Counted from the first letter of the stretch, positions 26,195 to 40,600 are shown. The stretch: 64,000 bases of DNA from a virus (IMGVR_UViG_3300034374_004935:19639-83638), one strand, 5' to 3'. The notes: generated by a model from the sequence alone, not told the origin. Translations and numbers: made by a program.

Positions 26195-27081
26195 AATGGA
26201 AATTTACATGAATCTACTTGTCTGTCGTGTCTATCTATATTCTCTGCTCTAATTCTTTTATAATCTATAGTAAGAATTCTACCTCCTGTAGGTTTAACTG
26301 GAGCTCCTCTTTCTACATGCCACCCCTTGCTACCTGCTCCATATTCCTCTTTGTACGTGCCTGTGAGCATCATGTGAAGTTGTTTTTGACAATGTCTATA
26401 TACACTAGATCCTTGGACACAAACATCTCTTACATCATTCCTAGCTGCATTCTCATGTATATGACCCATAGTAAATACATCAAAGTCTTCATACATTTCT
26501 AAAGCTCTAGTAAGGTTAAGTGCTCCTTTAGTTACAACACCTCCTCCACCTGATCCGTGGAAATACTTTATCTTAATAGCTCTTGTAGAGTCTCTACCAT
26601 TTTCTTTTTTTCTAAGAGCTTGATTTATAATAAACCATCCACCATATCCTCCTGTCATTACATTGGTGTTATTCTTAAGATTAAGCATCTTAACAAATCT
26701 AGCTAATATGTCTGTTTCTTGCCATTTGATAATGGCAGTTTCATGATTTCCATAGCCTATTACTGTAAGAAGATGTGCATAAGGACTCCACCATTCTACA
26801 GCTGTCTCTACTATTGAATCTAAGTATTTAGCATTATTGTGTTCAGGGCGTATATCAGATTTGTTTCTTCTGTTATCTCCTCTACCTTGCATTAAACAAA
26901 AGAAATCCCCATTAACCATAATAGGGATTGAGTTGTCTAAGCAAAAGTCTAAATCATTTTTTAAAAGTTTCCAATCACATTTAGGATTATCCCAATGGAT
27001 GTCTGATAACATAGCAATTTTTGCCCTAGTACCATCGAGTTTTAACTCATGGATATTATCAGCATGTTTAATAAGTTTCAT
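26191..27081 (-). CDS. calcineurin-like metallophosphoesterase
   Basis: 'SDIH', 'NGD', 'GNHE', 'FHG', 'GHIH'. Confidence 0.9.
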   Translation of the reverse strand: MKLIKHADNIHELKLDGTRAKIAMLSDIHWDNPKCDWKLLKNDLDFCLDNSIPIMVNGDFFCLMQGRGDNRRNKSDIRPEHNNAKYLDSIVETAVEWWSPYAHLLTVIGYGNHETAIIKWQETDILARFVKMLNLKNNTNVMTGGYGGWFIINQALRKKENGRDSTRAIKIKYFHGSGGGGVVTKGALNLTRALEMYEDFDVFTMGHIHENAARNDVRDVCVQGSSVYRHCQKQLHMMLTGTYKEEYGAGSKGWHVERGAPVKPTGGRILTIDYKRIRAENIDRHDRQVDSCKFPL

Positions 27082-27141
27082 TGTGTTTTGTATTTATCGC
27101 GTCCCTAATATACGAAACTTTGTTTTAAGTAAAAAATTTGC

Positions 27142-30100
27142 CTAGTTCCACCCATTATACATGTCTTGTTCATTTTCTAGCTCTTCTATACCTTGTAATA
27201 GAATCTCCTCTCTTTCTCCTTCTGTATAAGCATCCCAATTTCTAACAGGAGACGGTCCTAAAGTTTGCTTTAACCATTTTATAAGAGAGTATTGCTTTTC
27301 AGGGTCATTAGAAAGAACGTTAGCAAAGAATCCATCACCTACTAATTGCTTGTAGAATTTGTTTTTCTCTCCAGGATATTGAAATTCATATATATTTTTC
27401 CATCCAAAAGGTATTTTCTTTTGAGCCCATTTAGATCTTCTAGATTGCCCTTCGTAAGGTCCACTTTCAATTGCTGTACCATCAAATAAATCTGTAAGGT
27501 CTGTCCAACCTTTAAGCATTTTTGTACCTACCACAGGCTCATCTATAAGGTCTGTAAGAGTTGCAGGACTCCAAGGAGCTGACTGTTCCATTAATACCCT
27601 GTTCATGATTAATGAAGTAAATTGTATAACAAATTGATCTTCATCATCTTCGTCTGCAAACTTCTGTGCTAATCCTGCTAAGAACGAGACTAGTATTGCA
27701 GCAAACATATCTATTACAGATTTTTTAACTCCTCTTCTTTGTGCTTTAGTCATTCCGTCATACACAGAATGTGCTGCCATAAGATCTCCTCCTTTCATAG
27801 CTTTAAAAACACTAGGAAGATATTGTCCAAAAAATGCTCTATAGTGTCCTATTTCTTCTTCACCTGTTATCCAACTTGTTTTTTGAGTCTGCATCTTAGC
27901 ATCGATTAAGTTAACGAACCAACCACGGTGCATTAAAAGGAAGTCTCCTGCAGAAGTTCTTGCTAGCTTACCTTTATCAGTAGCTCCTAGTAAACCGTCT
28001 ATATTATTACTAACATATTCTATCTTACCCTTTACTGCATTTAATAGTCCATCATTAATGTACTGTTTCATGCCTTTTTTTATCCTCAATTGATTGTTAA
28101 CAACTTCATAAGCATTGTATAGACTTTTTTCTCTAAGAGCTTCCCATTCTTTTTGTACAGATTTCTCATGGGCTTTGTCGGCTTTTCTAGATTTTCCGTA
28201 TTCTATTCCTTTTTTAGTAGCTGTTTTTCTTAAGAATTGTTCTTTAGTAATAAAATTGCCATCGTATAATCTGTAGTTATCATATACTCCTAAAGAGATT
28301 CTAGATTTTAATCCGTAATCTCCTGTAGCATATGTAACATACATTAAATCTCCGCTAGCTAATTTTTTTGTTAACCTAGATTTATCTGTCTCATATAACA
28401 TAGAATCTAAACTAACAACTCCCATATCCTGGTTAAGAAGATGCATCTTGCTACTTTGTTTATTAGACCCTATTTCTCCTATAACAGTTCCTATTTCTTT
28501 TAAGAATTCTATTCTTGACCAATTTTTACTTTCAGCAGTAATATATAAACCAGTAGAACCTTCTATAATAGAATCGATAGATCCTTTAATGTAACCTGCT
28601 AAAGATGTAGGCACATTAAATGCAAGGTTATTGTTTCTAATATATGAAGCTATACCTGATGTTAGTTTTGTAATACTTACAGTTTTATTTGTGCCTGGTA
28701 TAGTATACTCAGCAGTCTGCCTTTGTTGACCATAAACTAAACTGTCAATCATTTCTTTAACAGTAGCGTATTCCATACTTGCTTCAGATGCTACCTTTTC
28801 TTTTATGTTTCCTCTTCTAACACTATAGTATTCTTTATCTTTTAAAGAAAATAGTATGTTGTTTACATCAGGAGAAATTTTTGTCATCTGATAAAAATTC
28901 TCTGCCATCTCTGCAAACATTACAAAAGCTCTTCCGAAATCAGTAGTTAATTTAGAAGGGTCATCTAATTCTCTTGTAAAGTAAATTGGAACTGTTTCTT
29001 TATCAAGTTCTCTTAACTCACCGAATTGAGTATCATCTTGTTCAATCATTACTCCTTCTCTAGCAACTTCTTTTATTCTAGTAAGAATATTTCCGTCTGC
29101 TCTAAATAATCTATCTAAAGTACTCTTCATCATAGAAGGACGCATGTAAAGCAACTGATCCGTTTGAAATCCTGCAGGTAATTTTGCAAGAGCTTCTCTT
29201 TTTACTCTCATCAAAGTTTCATAATGAAGTCTGAATTTCTCATCTTTCATTAATTTTGCAAAATTCTTATTCTTATAACTATCGTTAGGAACTTGTTTAT
29301 ACTCTTGTCTGATATAATATCCTTGTTTTTTTTTCTCAGCTATATCACTTTCATTTACCCAAATAGGATCTCTATTTGAATTTCTAAGTTTCATTAATAC
29401 TTGAGTAGTTAAATTGCCTTCTTCATTTATTATATCTTTTTTAGCATCTACTTTAATACTAACAGCATTTTTAATATACCAACCTTCCCACATCTTAGCA
29501 TATGCGGCAGCTTGTTCTGCTGTAAAGAAATTTTTATTTATTAAACTAGGATCTCCTTCTCCAGTTTCTGGGTCTACGTAACCTAATTTCTCAGCTACTT
29601 TTTTTCTAAACTTTTCTCTTTCTTTATAAAATTTAGAATAGTTATAATCTGCTACCATATAATGGGTAGGCTTATTGCCGTCCATCTCTATGAGATCTTC
29701 TTGTTTATATTTACTTAAGAATAAAGTCTGGGAAGCTAATACATCTCTAGCAGTACTTACGGCAAATCTTTTAACATTATTATAAGCATCATAAATAAAT
29801 TTATGTACTGATCTAATAACAGCTGACTTAGCATTTTTAAAGTTACCTGTATAATATTTAAACCAATCAAAGAATTTTGTTTGCATAGCTTCAAAAGCAC
29901 TCTCTTCATCAAAATCTTTATCTATAACTTCACCATCAGGTGTTCTATTTATTTCTCTAAACTTTTCTTTATTTTTTTCTAATCTTAAAGGTTTTAATCT
30001 GGTTCTAGATTTAGTTATTAAATCTCTTAAACTAGCTACTGCTTCCTCTATATCTGCTCCTTCTTCTCTAGTAACAGTAGATACTCTTACATCTTCTATC

Positions 30101-31611
30101 AAAGTATTGATAAGAGAATTATAACTATCTAAGAATAGCTCATAATTATATAATGTTCGTCCACCTAAAGTAACGTCTCCTCTTTCTGCAGAATCTAATA
30201 CTTTAAATATTTCATATACTTCTTCTTTAGAAGAGTAAATCCATTTAGTAATACCAGTATTATACCTAGCATTTTCAAGGTCTCTTTGTAGACCTTCTAT
30301 CTCAGCTGTAACTGCAGCAATTGCTTTTTTACTTTTCTGACTTCTAGTATCTCTTTGAGCTTCTTTAAGTCTTTGTTTCTTCTTTAAAAGCTGCTGCTCT
30401 ACTTTTTTAAGAAACTTTTCTTTTTCAGTCAGTTTCCTTTCATCGCTTCTTTTTTCTTTTTGATATTTAATATCATCTTTTGTAAAAGGTCTTTTGCCTT
30501 CGTGTTTCTTCAGCTGTTTATAGGACTCAAACTTTTCATATTTTCCTACTTGCTCTTGATTTAATATATCTCTAGCCAAAGGAATAACAACATTTTCTAT
30601 ATCATTTCTACCTGCACTATCTATTCCTAGAGCCCAATCTAACCAGGCAGTAAAATCTTGCCATACTTTCTTAAGACTTTGCCAGAATCCTGATACATCT
30701 TCTTCAATAAATTGATCAGTCTGTTTAAACTGATTAACTATTTCAGCTGCTAATATCTTACCTAAAGCTTCTTTTCTAAAGTCTTCTTCATTCTCATAGA
30801 TATCTTTATACTCTTCTTTTACTTGTGCGTAAGTCTCAGTCTCTGTGACTTGTTCTAAAGCTTGTTTTATAGTAGTAGGACCTAAAATATAATTAGCCTC
30901 CCCTTGGCTCATCAACTGCATCTCAATAGCAAAGTGAGCGACTTCTTCTGCAAGAGTATCTATCTTAGCTCCATCAGCAATAGCGATAAGAGAATTCATA
31001 AAGTCAGCAACTCCTAAAGCATTTTCTTCAAATCTATTAGGGAATTTTTCCATCACAGATTTTAAAGACTCTATAGCTACTCCATGTTTTCTTGCCCAAG
31101 CTCCTAATATTCTATCTAATTTAGCATTTGCTTTTTCAGTATTCTTAACACTCATTTGTCTAAACATACCGTTAGCATATGGTGAGTAGTAAGTATCTTC
31201 TTTCTGGGCTACATTAGCATTTTTATAACCTGCTATATAATAAGTGCCATCAAACTTTTCTTTAAGTCTCCAAGGCTGATCCCCTATTCTATCAGAAATT
31301 TGTCTAAGCTTAGTATTAATTCTTCTGACATCATTTTCTGATAAATCTTTTTGATATACTTCATTAAAGAATATATCACGAGCTTCTTTTATAACAGCTC
31401 TAGCTCTAGAAGGACCTCCTTGATATAATACTTGTTTTTCTTGAGTATTTTGTATAGAAGTTAGACCTATTTGTTCTATAGTAGGAAAATCTTCTGTATT
31501 ATTTTGTTCCATCCATATACCAACTTTAGCAGCTACTATAAGAGGATTTACTTCTGTATCTAGTAACAGCTGTTTAAATTCAGGATGAGATTTATTTATA
31601 CATTTACTCAT
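27142..31611 (-). CDS. giant virion cargo/ejection protein (degenerate zincin 'EEVAH', C-terminal hydrophobic segment)
   Basis: 1489 aa, directly downstream of the vRNAP as in crAss-like phages. Confidence 0.8.
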   Translation of the reverse strand: MSKCINKSHPEFKQLLLDTEVNPLIVAAKVGIWMEQNNTEDFPTIEQIGLTSIQNTQEKQVLYQGGPSRARAVIKEARDIFFNEVYQKDLSENDVRRINTKLRQISDRIGDQPWRLKEKFDGTYYIAGYKNANVAQKEDTYYSPYANGMFRQMSVKNTEKANAKLDRILGAWARKHGVAIESLKSVMEKFPNRFEENALGVADFMNSLIAIADGAKIDTLAEEVAHFAIEMQLMSQGEANYILGPTTIKQALEQVTETETYAQVKEEYKDIYENEEDFRKEALGKILAAEIVNQFKQTDQFIEEDVSGFWQSLKKVWQDFTAWLDWALGIDSAGRNDIENVVIPLARDILNQEQVGKYEKFESYKQLKKHEGKRPFTKDDIKYQKEKRSDERKLTEKEKFLKKVEQQLLKKKQRLKEAQRDTRSQKSKKAIAAVTAEIEGLQRDLENARYNTGITKWIYSSKEEVYEIFKVLDSAERGDVTLGGRTLYNYELFLDSYNSLINTLIEDVRVSTVTREEGADIEEAVASLRDLITKSRTRLKPLRLEKNKEKFREINRTPDGEVIDKDFDEESAFEAMQTKFFDWFKYYTGNFKNAKSAVIRSVHKFIYDAYNNVKRFAVSTARDVLASQTLFLSKYKQEDLIEMDGNKPTHYMVADYNYSKFYKEREKFRKKVAEKLGYVDPETGEGDPSLINKNFFTAEQAAAYAKMWEGWYIKNAVSIKVDAKKDIINEEGNLTTQVLMKLRNSNRDPIWVNESDIAEKKKQGYYIRQEYKQVPNDSYKNKNFAKLMKDEKFRLHYETLMRVKREALAKLPAGFQTDQLLYMRPSMMKSTLDRLFRADGNILTRIKEVAREGVMIEQDDTQFGELRELDKETVPIYFTRELDDPSKLTTDFGRAFVMFAEMAENFYQMTKISPDVNNILFSLKDKEYYSVRRGNIKEKVASEASMEYATVKEMIDSLVYGQQRQTAEYTIPGTNKTVSITKLTSGIASYIRNNNLAFNVPTSLAGYIKGSIDSIIEGSTGLYITAESKNWSRIEFLKEIGTVIGEIGSNKQSSKMHLLNQDMGVVSLDSMLYETDKSRLTKKLASGDLMYVTYATGDYGLKSRISLGVYDNYRLYDGNFITKEQFLRKTATKKGIEYGKSRKADKAHEKSVQKEWEALREKSLYNAYEVVNNQLRIKKGMKQYINDGLLNAVKGKIEYVSNNIDGLLGATDKGKLARTSAGDFLLMHRGWFVNLIDAKMQTQKTSWITGEEEIGHYRAFFGQYLPSVFKAMKGGDLMAAHSVYDGMTKAQRRGVKKSVIDMFAAILVSFLAGLAQKFADEDDEDQFVIQFTSLIMNRVLMEQSAPWSPATLTDLIDEPVVGTKMLKGWTDLTDLFDGTAIESGPYEGQSRRSKWAQKKIPFGWKNIYEFQYPGEKNKFYKQLVGDGFFANVLSNDPEKQYSLIKWLKQTLGPSPVRNWDAYTEGEREEILLQGIEELENEQDMYNGWN

Positions 31612-34600
31612 TAGTTACATTTTATAACATTATATTTTTCTTCAGGAGAAAGAGTGTCCCATTCTTGTTGAGTCATTATATCTCTAGTAGATGTACCGTT
31701 AGCAGTTTTTATTCCATAAAGATAATTAGTTATACTTGGACCATTTTGATATATCTCTTCTACTATATAATTTTGGTTATCTCTTAACCATTTATCTCCT
31801 TCACTTATCTGTTCTCTTTCACGCTGTATCGTTTCTCTGTAATCCTTAGTTACATTTTCTACTATTGCGTTTATAAGTTCCATAGATTCTTCGTAAATTT
31901 CTTCTCCTCTACCTTTTTTAGGTACTTCATAAAATATCGAAGTTAACCAATCTATAAATTTTTGCCAAATACTTTTTGATTCTTGTGGAGCTCTTAAGCT
32001 TTTAACATGATTTGCAAAGTCAGGATTAGTAAAAATTTCTGCTACAAATTCAAATTCATCTGTAAAACCGTAAAGATCTTGCTTCGGAGATTCACTCTTT
32101 TTATCTAAATTTTTTGCTTCCTTAAATAAATTTGTTAGCTCAGTATTCTTTTGTCTTAACTCTTTGTCTATAATATCTTGAGTAACTCTTTTACCATCTT
32201 TTACAGTAGTTTGTTTTCCTTTAACAACTAAATCAATAGTAAAAGCATGGGTTACTTCATGGAGGAAAGCATATAAATAAAATGCTCCACTATCTACTTG
32301 TCGTATTGTTTCTTCATTTAAATATATTGTGTCATTATAGTAGAACATGTAAGTACCTCTACCTCTTGTTTGCTCTGCCCACTCTTCATTATTTAAAAAT
32401 TTAACTTCAAAATTAACTCTTCCTAGTTTAGTAACTAGCTGTGATATATTAGAGTCTTTTTCTAGATAAGGCCAAAAAGCTCTGAGTACATCTTGACTGC
32501 CTTTAATTTTTTCTGGATCAAAAAAGCTTCTATCAAAATTCACAGCTAATTGTTCCCAAGAAACACTATCATGATAATTGTCTACAAGCGTCTCTGAGAT
32601 ACCTGAAACCTTTAGCTTAAACATTTCGTAAAGTTCTTTAACCACTGGGTCATTTTCAGGAGTCTTATCTACAAACTTTTGCTCCATATTCTTAGCATTG
32701 AATATTTGGAATTTCCCATTCTTAATCTCTGCTATAAACTCAGCATCTTTATACTGAAGTCTATACATTTCTGTATCGGTAGAAAGATCTACTGGAGCTG
32801 TTTTCTTTGTTAAATCTACTTTAGGTTTAATTGTACTCGGTACTTCTCCCTCTGCTGATTTAATATTTTGTGTGATTTCATTATCGACTGCTTGGTCTGC
32901 TAATCTTTGAGCTTCTGTTTTGCCGTCTTTTATAGTGTCTGGTGCAGGAGATACAGAGTTTTCTATTGCTCCTAATGCATTAAATTCTAAAGCGACATTA
33001 CTAATCCCTAAATTAGGTACTCTATTATATTTATAAACAACAATTTCTTGGTTATTACTATTGTATTCTATAATTGTATCTGTTAATTTATAGATAGAAG
33101 TTGCATAATGATTATTTATTTTAGTATCATATGCTTTTATATACGGTACAGGTTCGTCGAATCTGTCTCTAAGATTAGTTGTAGCATAATTACCTATGAC
33201 AACTAAATTGCCTTTTAAGTCTTTTATTATATTAGCATCTGCTTCGTAGAAAGTTGATGTAATTCTTCCTGTAGGAGTCAGGTAATTCCCAGCATCTTCT
33301 TCTGATAATGTTCTATCTATTTTAGCAGTAGGAATAAAATTATGACGATTAGAATAGTTACGAATAAATTGTTCTATAAATCTTCCATTATACTCAGAAT
33401 CATAATTCTCTACCATTAATCTTTTCTGAAGAAGTTCGTTCATAGTAAGCTGTCCTCCTCCATCTTGTATCATTAAGTCTGGTTGAGTAGACTGATACTC
33501 ATTAGTAAAGAACATGACGGGAATAACATTAGCAAATGTATAAGGACCGAAATTAAATCCGTTAGCAAAGAACGAATACTTTATTAATTTTTTTGCTATC
33601 TCTCTAATTTCAGGATCAGGGTCTAATAACATTCTTTCCCAAGAATCTGATAATGCTTCTATATCTTCAGCAAACTTTCCTGTTTGATAGAATTGAATTC
33701 TGCTAATAGGAGAAGTTAAATCTGGACGTACTATATGAAGTTGGTCCATTAATGGTTTAAATGGAGAATTCTCAGGTAAGTTTCTTTTAAACGTTAAAAA
33801 TTCTCCAGGGAATTTCTTTAATATATCGTCTATCTGATCGTGGTGGAAAAACTTAAATTCACTAGCAATGTAATTTAAATAGTTACTATTAATTAATTGC
33901 GCTTCTTCTTCTCTTAAAACTCCTGTACCTTTAAACTCAGTAAACTTTTCTTTAATTAATCCTAAAGGAGAGAACTTAGTTTCTGTAGGATTATTTTCAT
34001 TTATATTACCAATAGTTGGAAACACCTTTTCGTAAATACCAATAGGCTTATATAAACCGTATGTTGTAAATGCGGGGCTTTGTTTTTGTTTAGGATTTTT
34101 ATATAAGAAAATTTCTTCTAAACCTGATATTTTATTAGCTCCTCTTTGATTGTCTACTAATATTCTTGTTTGATTGTTTAAGAATACATAGTCAGCTGCA
34201 CCAGTAGATCCGTAAGCAGTAACAGAATCTGTTTTAGAAGCTCGTATTCCTCTAGATAATTCTTCTGCTATAGTATCTAATTCTTCAAATAAAGCAAGTG
34301 CTGCTTTTTGGATAAAAGCATTTTTAACACCTTTCTTACCACTTAGAGTTTTTTCTAACATCTCAGTAGTTAAGTCTTTTATATTTACTGGTTTCACAGT
34401 AGTTCCACTAGGAATCTGTTCTTGAAGATTAGCTATAATCTCTTTCTTTATTTGAGAAACAAGATTTTGTTTACTCATAGACCCTTGTTCATTTTGAACT
34501 CTATTTGTTAGTTCTAATATTGCAGGCTGATTTAGTAAAGCAAACATAAAGGCTTCGTCGACACCAAGTCTATCTGCAAGTGCTACTACATTAGCAGTAA

Positions 34601-37600
34601 ACATGTTGAAGTTTAAGAATGCTGAAATAGGTTCTTTCGCATTATCCACAACAGCTGCTAATTTAGTCGCAAGTATTCTTGAAATTCTTTTACCAGTTCT
34701 ACTTCTAATTTGATTTAATGCTTGATAAGTTTGTTTATTAAATTCTAATTGGTCTACTAATTTAAGATTTGTATACTGAGCTTTAGCATGGTGAGTATTA
34801 TGATTCGCCATAATACCAATAAGATCGTTACCGTCCATGTTACGTCGGAATAACTCTAATTGAGTAGAAGGATAAGCAATGTTAAAGTCGGCATCATCAT
34901 CTAGTTTATCTGCAGCTGCTAATAATTCTTTTCCTTTTAAATTAGCTTCTTTAGTTTTGCCTGCTTTTAATAATCTAATTCTAGCACCTGCATATTTTAA
35001 AGAATCAAAGTTACCTGGATTAATAATTGCAGCAGCAGTATTTCTATTTTCTAGAATAGACTTCATAATATTTATTTTCATATTATCTCTAGCTGCTCTA
35101 GTATTGTAACTTGATATATTTATGCCAAGATTTTTAGCATCAAGAAGTGCACTAGCTATTACATCAATAATTACATTTTTACCTTCTTCTGCTTCTTGAA
35201 GCGCTATACTTTTTTCAACAAGCTCTTCGTCCCATTCTTGTCCATTTAAAATATTATAAAAAGAATCGATTGTTTCTTGAAGTTCTTTTTTTAGAGCTTT
35301 AGCATCTTCAGTATTTAATTGTTTAGACTTTTTTAATTCTCTTTCACTTTCTCTAATTTCTCTTTTAATATCTGAAAGGCTACGATTTTTATCTTTTGTG
35401 GCTAGAGCTACTTCTTGTATTGAAGTTTCTACTCTTTTTAAAAACTCTTCTCTTTCTTTTTCATTTTTTATAGTATCCTCTGCAAATTTTTTAATTAATA
35501 TTTTATTTCTATAAATATTTTCAGCAAGATCATTTGCTTGTTCTTGGTTATCTATAGTACTGTAGTATTGAGTTATTTTGGGAATATTATCTATAACTCT
35601 AAAATGTTTAGATAAGAAATACAATTTATCAATATCGAAGTCAAGACCTGCAATAGTAGTTACTTCAGGAGGCATTATAATAGTATTAGCCATAGACGGA
35701 GGAGTAAATCCTATAATTCTAATATTAAACATAGAGTATTTATCTTCCGTCGGAATCCTGTTAGCTATAATTTCTAATAGCTCAGAAGCATACATGTTTA
35801 TGTATTCAAAGTCAACTTCTCCGTCTTTAGTAGGAAAAAATTTCTTTGATGTATGAGGCATTAATACTTCCCAAATAATTTTACCATCTTCAATTTTTAA
35901 TTTAGGATGGTATCTTTCTCCTACAAGATCTGCATCTTCTTCTCTTTGAAGAGTACTTACACCGTAAGAAGGCGTGTTAATTACCCCTCCCCCTTTAATT
36001 TTTTGTTTAACTACATTGTTTTTAAAGATAGAATGCAAAAGAGTTTCTGTTTGATATAAAATTCTAGGATGGAATAAAGGCAAAGCTGTAGTAATTGTTT
36101 TTTTTGATCCTAATGATGCATCATTAACAGTGACTTCTACTGGAGAAATAGCTTGAAGATATTGGTCTCCCATATTTCTTTCAACAGCATGTTCTCTTAA
36201 TAAAGGAATCAGCTTTACATAATTAAGAGTACCGTCAGGATTTACCATATCTTTTTCTAATGACTCGAAAGATTCTTTTAAGTCGTCGAAAATAATATCT
36301 TGATATAATGAAACTACTTCATATCCTTTTAATGAAGTTCTAGTATCGCCTATAAATAAATCATAATCCTGGTCCATTGCTATATCACCAGTAATAAGAG
36401 TTCTTAGCTGTGATCCAAAATTACTTCTTTCATCAATATGGTGAGCAGGAGTTTCTTGCTGTTTTCTGTAATCAGATATATCTAAATTAAATACTTTAAC
36501 ACTATCATATCCTACAGAAGGTATGTAGCTTCCGTCAGCTTGCTTTTCATAGTGAGTAAACCTACTATCTTTTCCATTTGTTATTCCTCCTACTTTAACA
36601 GCTGATTCAAAAAGAGCTACTTCATATGCGCCTCTTTCCATATCTTCATATATTGCAGCAAGTTTAGGATAAACTAGATTACCTTGCTTATCTTTTTTAA
36701 GAGCAAAAGATTTAGTAAGTACTGTTTCAGAGTTCTTAATCTGCATAGGAACTCTTACACCATCAACATACATTTGTGTAAATGTAAATGGTTTTAATGG
36801 AGATGCAGGAGGATCTATAATTCTTAAATCTTCTATAGTTTCTTTTCCTTTTTTAATTCTATCATAGGCTTTATCATGGGCTTCTCCCCACTCTCCTAAA
36901 CCTTTTAATATTTTTTTACGGAAATCTAAAGATACAAAAGTACCACCATCTGATTCATTATTTTGATCTCCTACTTTTTTAGCATTAGCCTTTTCTTTCC
37001 ACATTATTTTCAATGCTTCTTTTTCTACAGGAGTCATATTAGACTTATCAATAATATCATTGATATGTTTTAGATTTTCTTTAGAGGTAGGAACCATCGA
37101 GTCTTCTAAAATAATAGCGCTATAACTTCCTGTTAAAGTAGTGTATGTACCAGGACTAAAGATTTGCTTAAAACGTTTTTGATAATCTGTAGTACCTTTA
37201 TAAAAACTAGGATCTCCTGCAAATAAAACATTTGTTTGAGCATTATAATAAAAAGTATTCATAAGGTAATCTATAAATACTTCGTTTTGTGCTTGAGTAG
37301 TTTCTAGACTTTTGTCTAAAATATTAGGATTAAATGTCATTAATCCTTCTGCTGTTTTTCCTTCAACAATTCCTGATTCTTTATATTTAAGATATTGTTG
37401 TCTAAAGAAAGTATCTTTTTCTAAATTAAACTCAAAGAATTTTTGAATTTCTTTTTTAATACCTTGTTTAGTTTTAAGATTTTTAGCAGGAACTTTATTT
37501 AAAAAAGTAAGTAATTGAAAGTTCTTTCCTCTTTTTACATAGTTCTTATTTAATAATAATGGATGAGGAACAGCATCTTTATTTTCTTTCTTTTCTTTTT

Positions 37601-40600
37601 TATACTGTTCTTCCAAGCCTTTGATAAACTTCATTCTTTCCATTTCTGCGATAGCAGTATCTGTAAGTTTATCTATAATTTCATCTTTACTAAGTCTCTT
37701 TACTTTTAAATAATGGGCAGTAGGAGAGTTTGAAGGTATACCTAATTTAATACCCACATTACCTTGTTGGTATTCTCTTTTACCTCTTCTATAATATAAA
37801 CCAAAAGAAGTTGCTTCTAATTCTATATCAGACATCTTACCATAAGTAACAGCTTTGTTTTGTCCTTTTCTAGTAAGTCCGTCTAATATAATAGATTTAA
37901 GATTATTTCTTAAACCGTCGTCATTTTTTAAATCTTGTAAGAAAGGCAAGTTACTTACTAATAAATCATTTCCTGCTACATTATCTATAAGCTTCTGAAG
38001 ACTATCTTCATCTTTAACTTCTTCTAACATTTTATTAATCTGTCCTGAAAGAATAATGTTATACTTAGTTTTACCTCCTATACCTCTAAAACTAGAAACT
38101 AATTCGGTGTCTAGTGCAGGCTCTATAGCTTCTGCTAATTGTTGTACTAAACTTTTTCCTGAAGCTTTACTTTTTCCGTACTGAATATCTGTTTCAGGAG
38201 TTAGTTTAGTAAATGGATTAACTCTTGCTTTTGCGTCTCTTTTATATTTAGGAGTCTTAACTGTTCTTTTCTTTCCGTCTTCGCCAACAACAGTTCGACT
38301 TTCCATCGCTGTTCTATCTGTTCCAACTAGTTTTTTACCTACCTCTTGGAGAACACGTAATAGATTTCCAATCTTTCCTCTTTTATATAAGAATTTTGCT
38401 CCTCCACTATTATAGATTTTATCTAATTGTTCAGGAGTTAAGAAAAGATTTACAGTAGCTAAGTGATCAGAAAGTAGTTTAAAGAATTTTCCGTTTTCAA
38501 AAAAGTCTACACTTTTTTCAGCTACTTTTTCATCAGCACTAACATCATTTTGTCTATATAAAAAATCTAATTTTAGTAAACCATCTAAGAAAGCTTTGGC
38601 TTTAGCTGCGTCTATATTATCTGTCCAAAGAGCATCTTGTTTACCTACTTTATATAATGAGTTAGTACTAGATAAGAAGTTAGCTATAAGATCTTCTGAA
38701 ATAATATCTTTGATAGTTTTAGAGTTAGAACTAAATACTCTAAATTCTCCATTTACTTCATAGACACTTTCAAACTCTGCAAAGTTTTTACTAGCAAAAT
38801 TGGCAAAGAACAATGTTCTTAGTCTTGGATTCTGAGCAAATAAATCTATAACATCTTGTTTCCAAGGTTTATTTAGAGTAGCTAGTTTTGCGTCAAAGTT
38901 TTCTAAAGTATAACTATTAGCTACTTTAGATACTAAAGCAGCAAATACTACATTAGAATCTTCTACATCTTGAATACCAAAAGGAGAAATTGCTTTTGAA
39001 CCATCAGAATTATATTTAGGAATATTAGCAAAGAAACTAATAAGCTGTTGCTTCATTCCCTGCTTAGGATTTCTTTCAATACTATTTATCTGTGCTACTC
39101 TATCTGGAGTATCTTCTCCTTCTTCAATAGCATTTATATAATCTTGTTCTGTAACTTGACCGTTAGTGCCTTCTTGAGGAGATCTACTCTCTGCTTCAAA
39201 TCCTCCATAACTAATTTCAATACCTTCATTACTTTTTAAGAATCTATTAAACTGTTCTAATAAATCAGAAGACTTCATAAATTCTATTCTACCTTTTGGA
39301 TTCTTCCTAACAATCTTTTGATTATTAGTTATGATTTTATAGAACTTACTAAAGTGATGAATTAAGTTTTTAAACTTAGCAACTTTTTTAGTATCTCCAG
39401 CTGCCTCTGCTTGTGCAAGAAGTTGTTTTGCGACTGCTATATCTCGAACAACATCAGTAATAGCATTACTAAATATAATATGAGGACCTGAGTTCTTAGA
39501 CTTCTTACCTACTAAATTTATTATTTCAGGTACAGATAATTTATTTTCTGGGTCTAATTGTTGGCGGAATCCTTCAATGGCTTTTTTAATCTTACTGTTA
39601 AAATATCTTAACGCCCATTTTTTCTCAACTGGATTTATATACTTTCTGTTAGGAGCAGTAGTTCTTACAGATTGTCCGATAGATTGTCTAATAGATCTTT
39701 TTAATACAGTGTTTTTAAATTTTATAGAATCCGCATACACTCCTAAGTTTATATTCTCAAATAAGTTATCTATGTTTAGAACTTTATTCTTTTTAAAGAA
39801 AACTCGTAACATTCTAGAAAGACCTTTAAAAAAAGCATTAGTCTCTTTAAAATTTTCTTTACCTGCTAATATATCTTTAGTTTTTTGTTGCCCCGTTCTT
39901 TTATCTTCAGGGACAGGTTGCTTGCTTACAGGCTTAAGCTTATCAACTTCTTGGCTTTGTTCATAAGCCATAAACTTATCTGCTAAGAATTCTTCTAACT
40001 CAATAAAAGTAGGTCTAACATATTGAACTTCTTTAGTACCGTCTTCTAGAGTAACTTCTTTTCTTGTTAAAGGAATCTCTTCTTGATACTTATAAAAGAT
40101 CTCATTTAAGATTTTAACTCTTTGTTCTATAGGCAGAACTAAATTAAAAATAACATGAAATGCTTCGTGAGCTTCTGTTCCTGCTGGAGCTAACTCTGAT
40201 ATTAATACTGCAGCAGTAGTAAATAATCCATATAACTCATCTCCGTTTTTTAATGCTTGTTGCAGCATCTCAAAAGATTCTTTAGGAAGGTAGTGGCGTA
40301 AAGAATCAAAATCTTTAATGACTCTAACAGTGCCTTTCTTTCCTGACTGTCTTTTAAAAGACTCTCCTAATATTCTTTTAAGAGTTTCTAATCCTTGTTC
40401 TCTAGCTTTCTTAGCATCTTCTTTAGCAAGTTCAGGGTCCATCTTAGGGCCCATTTTTGTTTTAAGATTACTATCTCCAAAAGGATCTCCTATTATATCA
40501 TCGCTAGAAGATACATCAGTATCTATATCGTCACCAGTCTCTGATTCTGAATCAAGAAGAGTACTTTCATTACTTCTAGTTTCTTCCATTGCTGCTACAC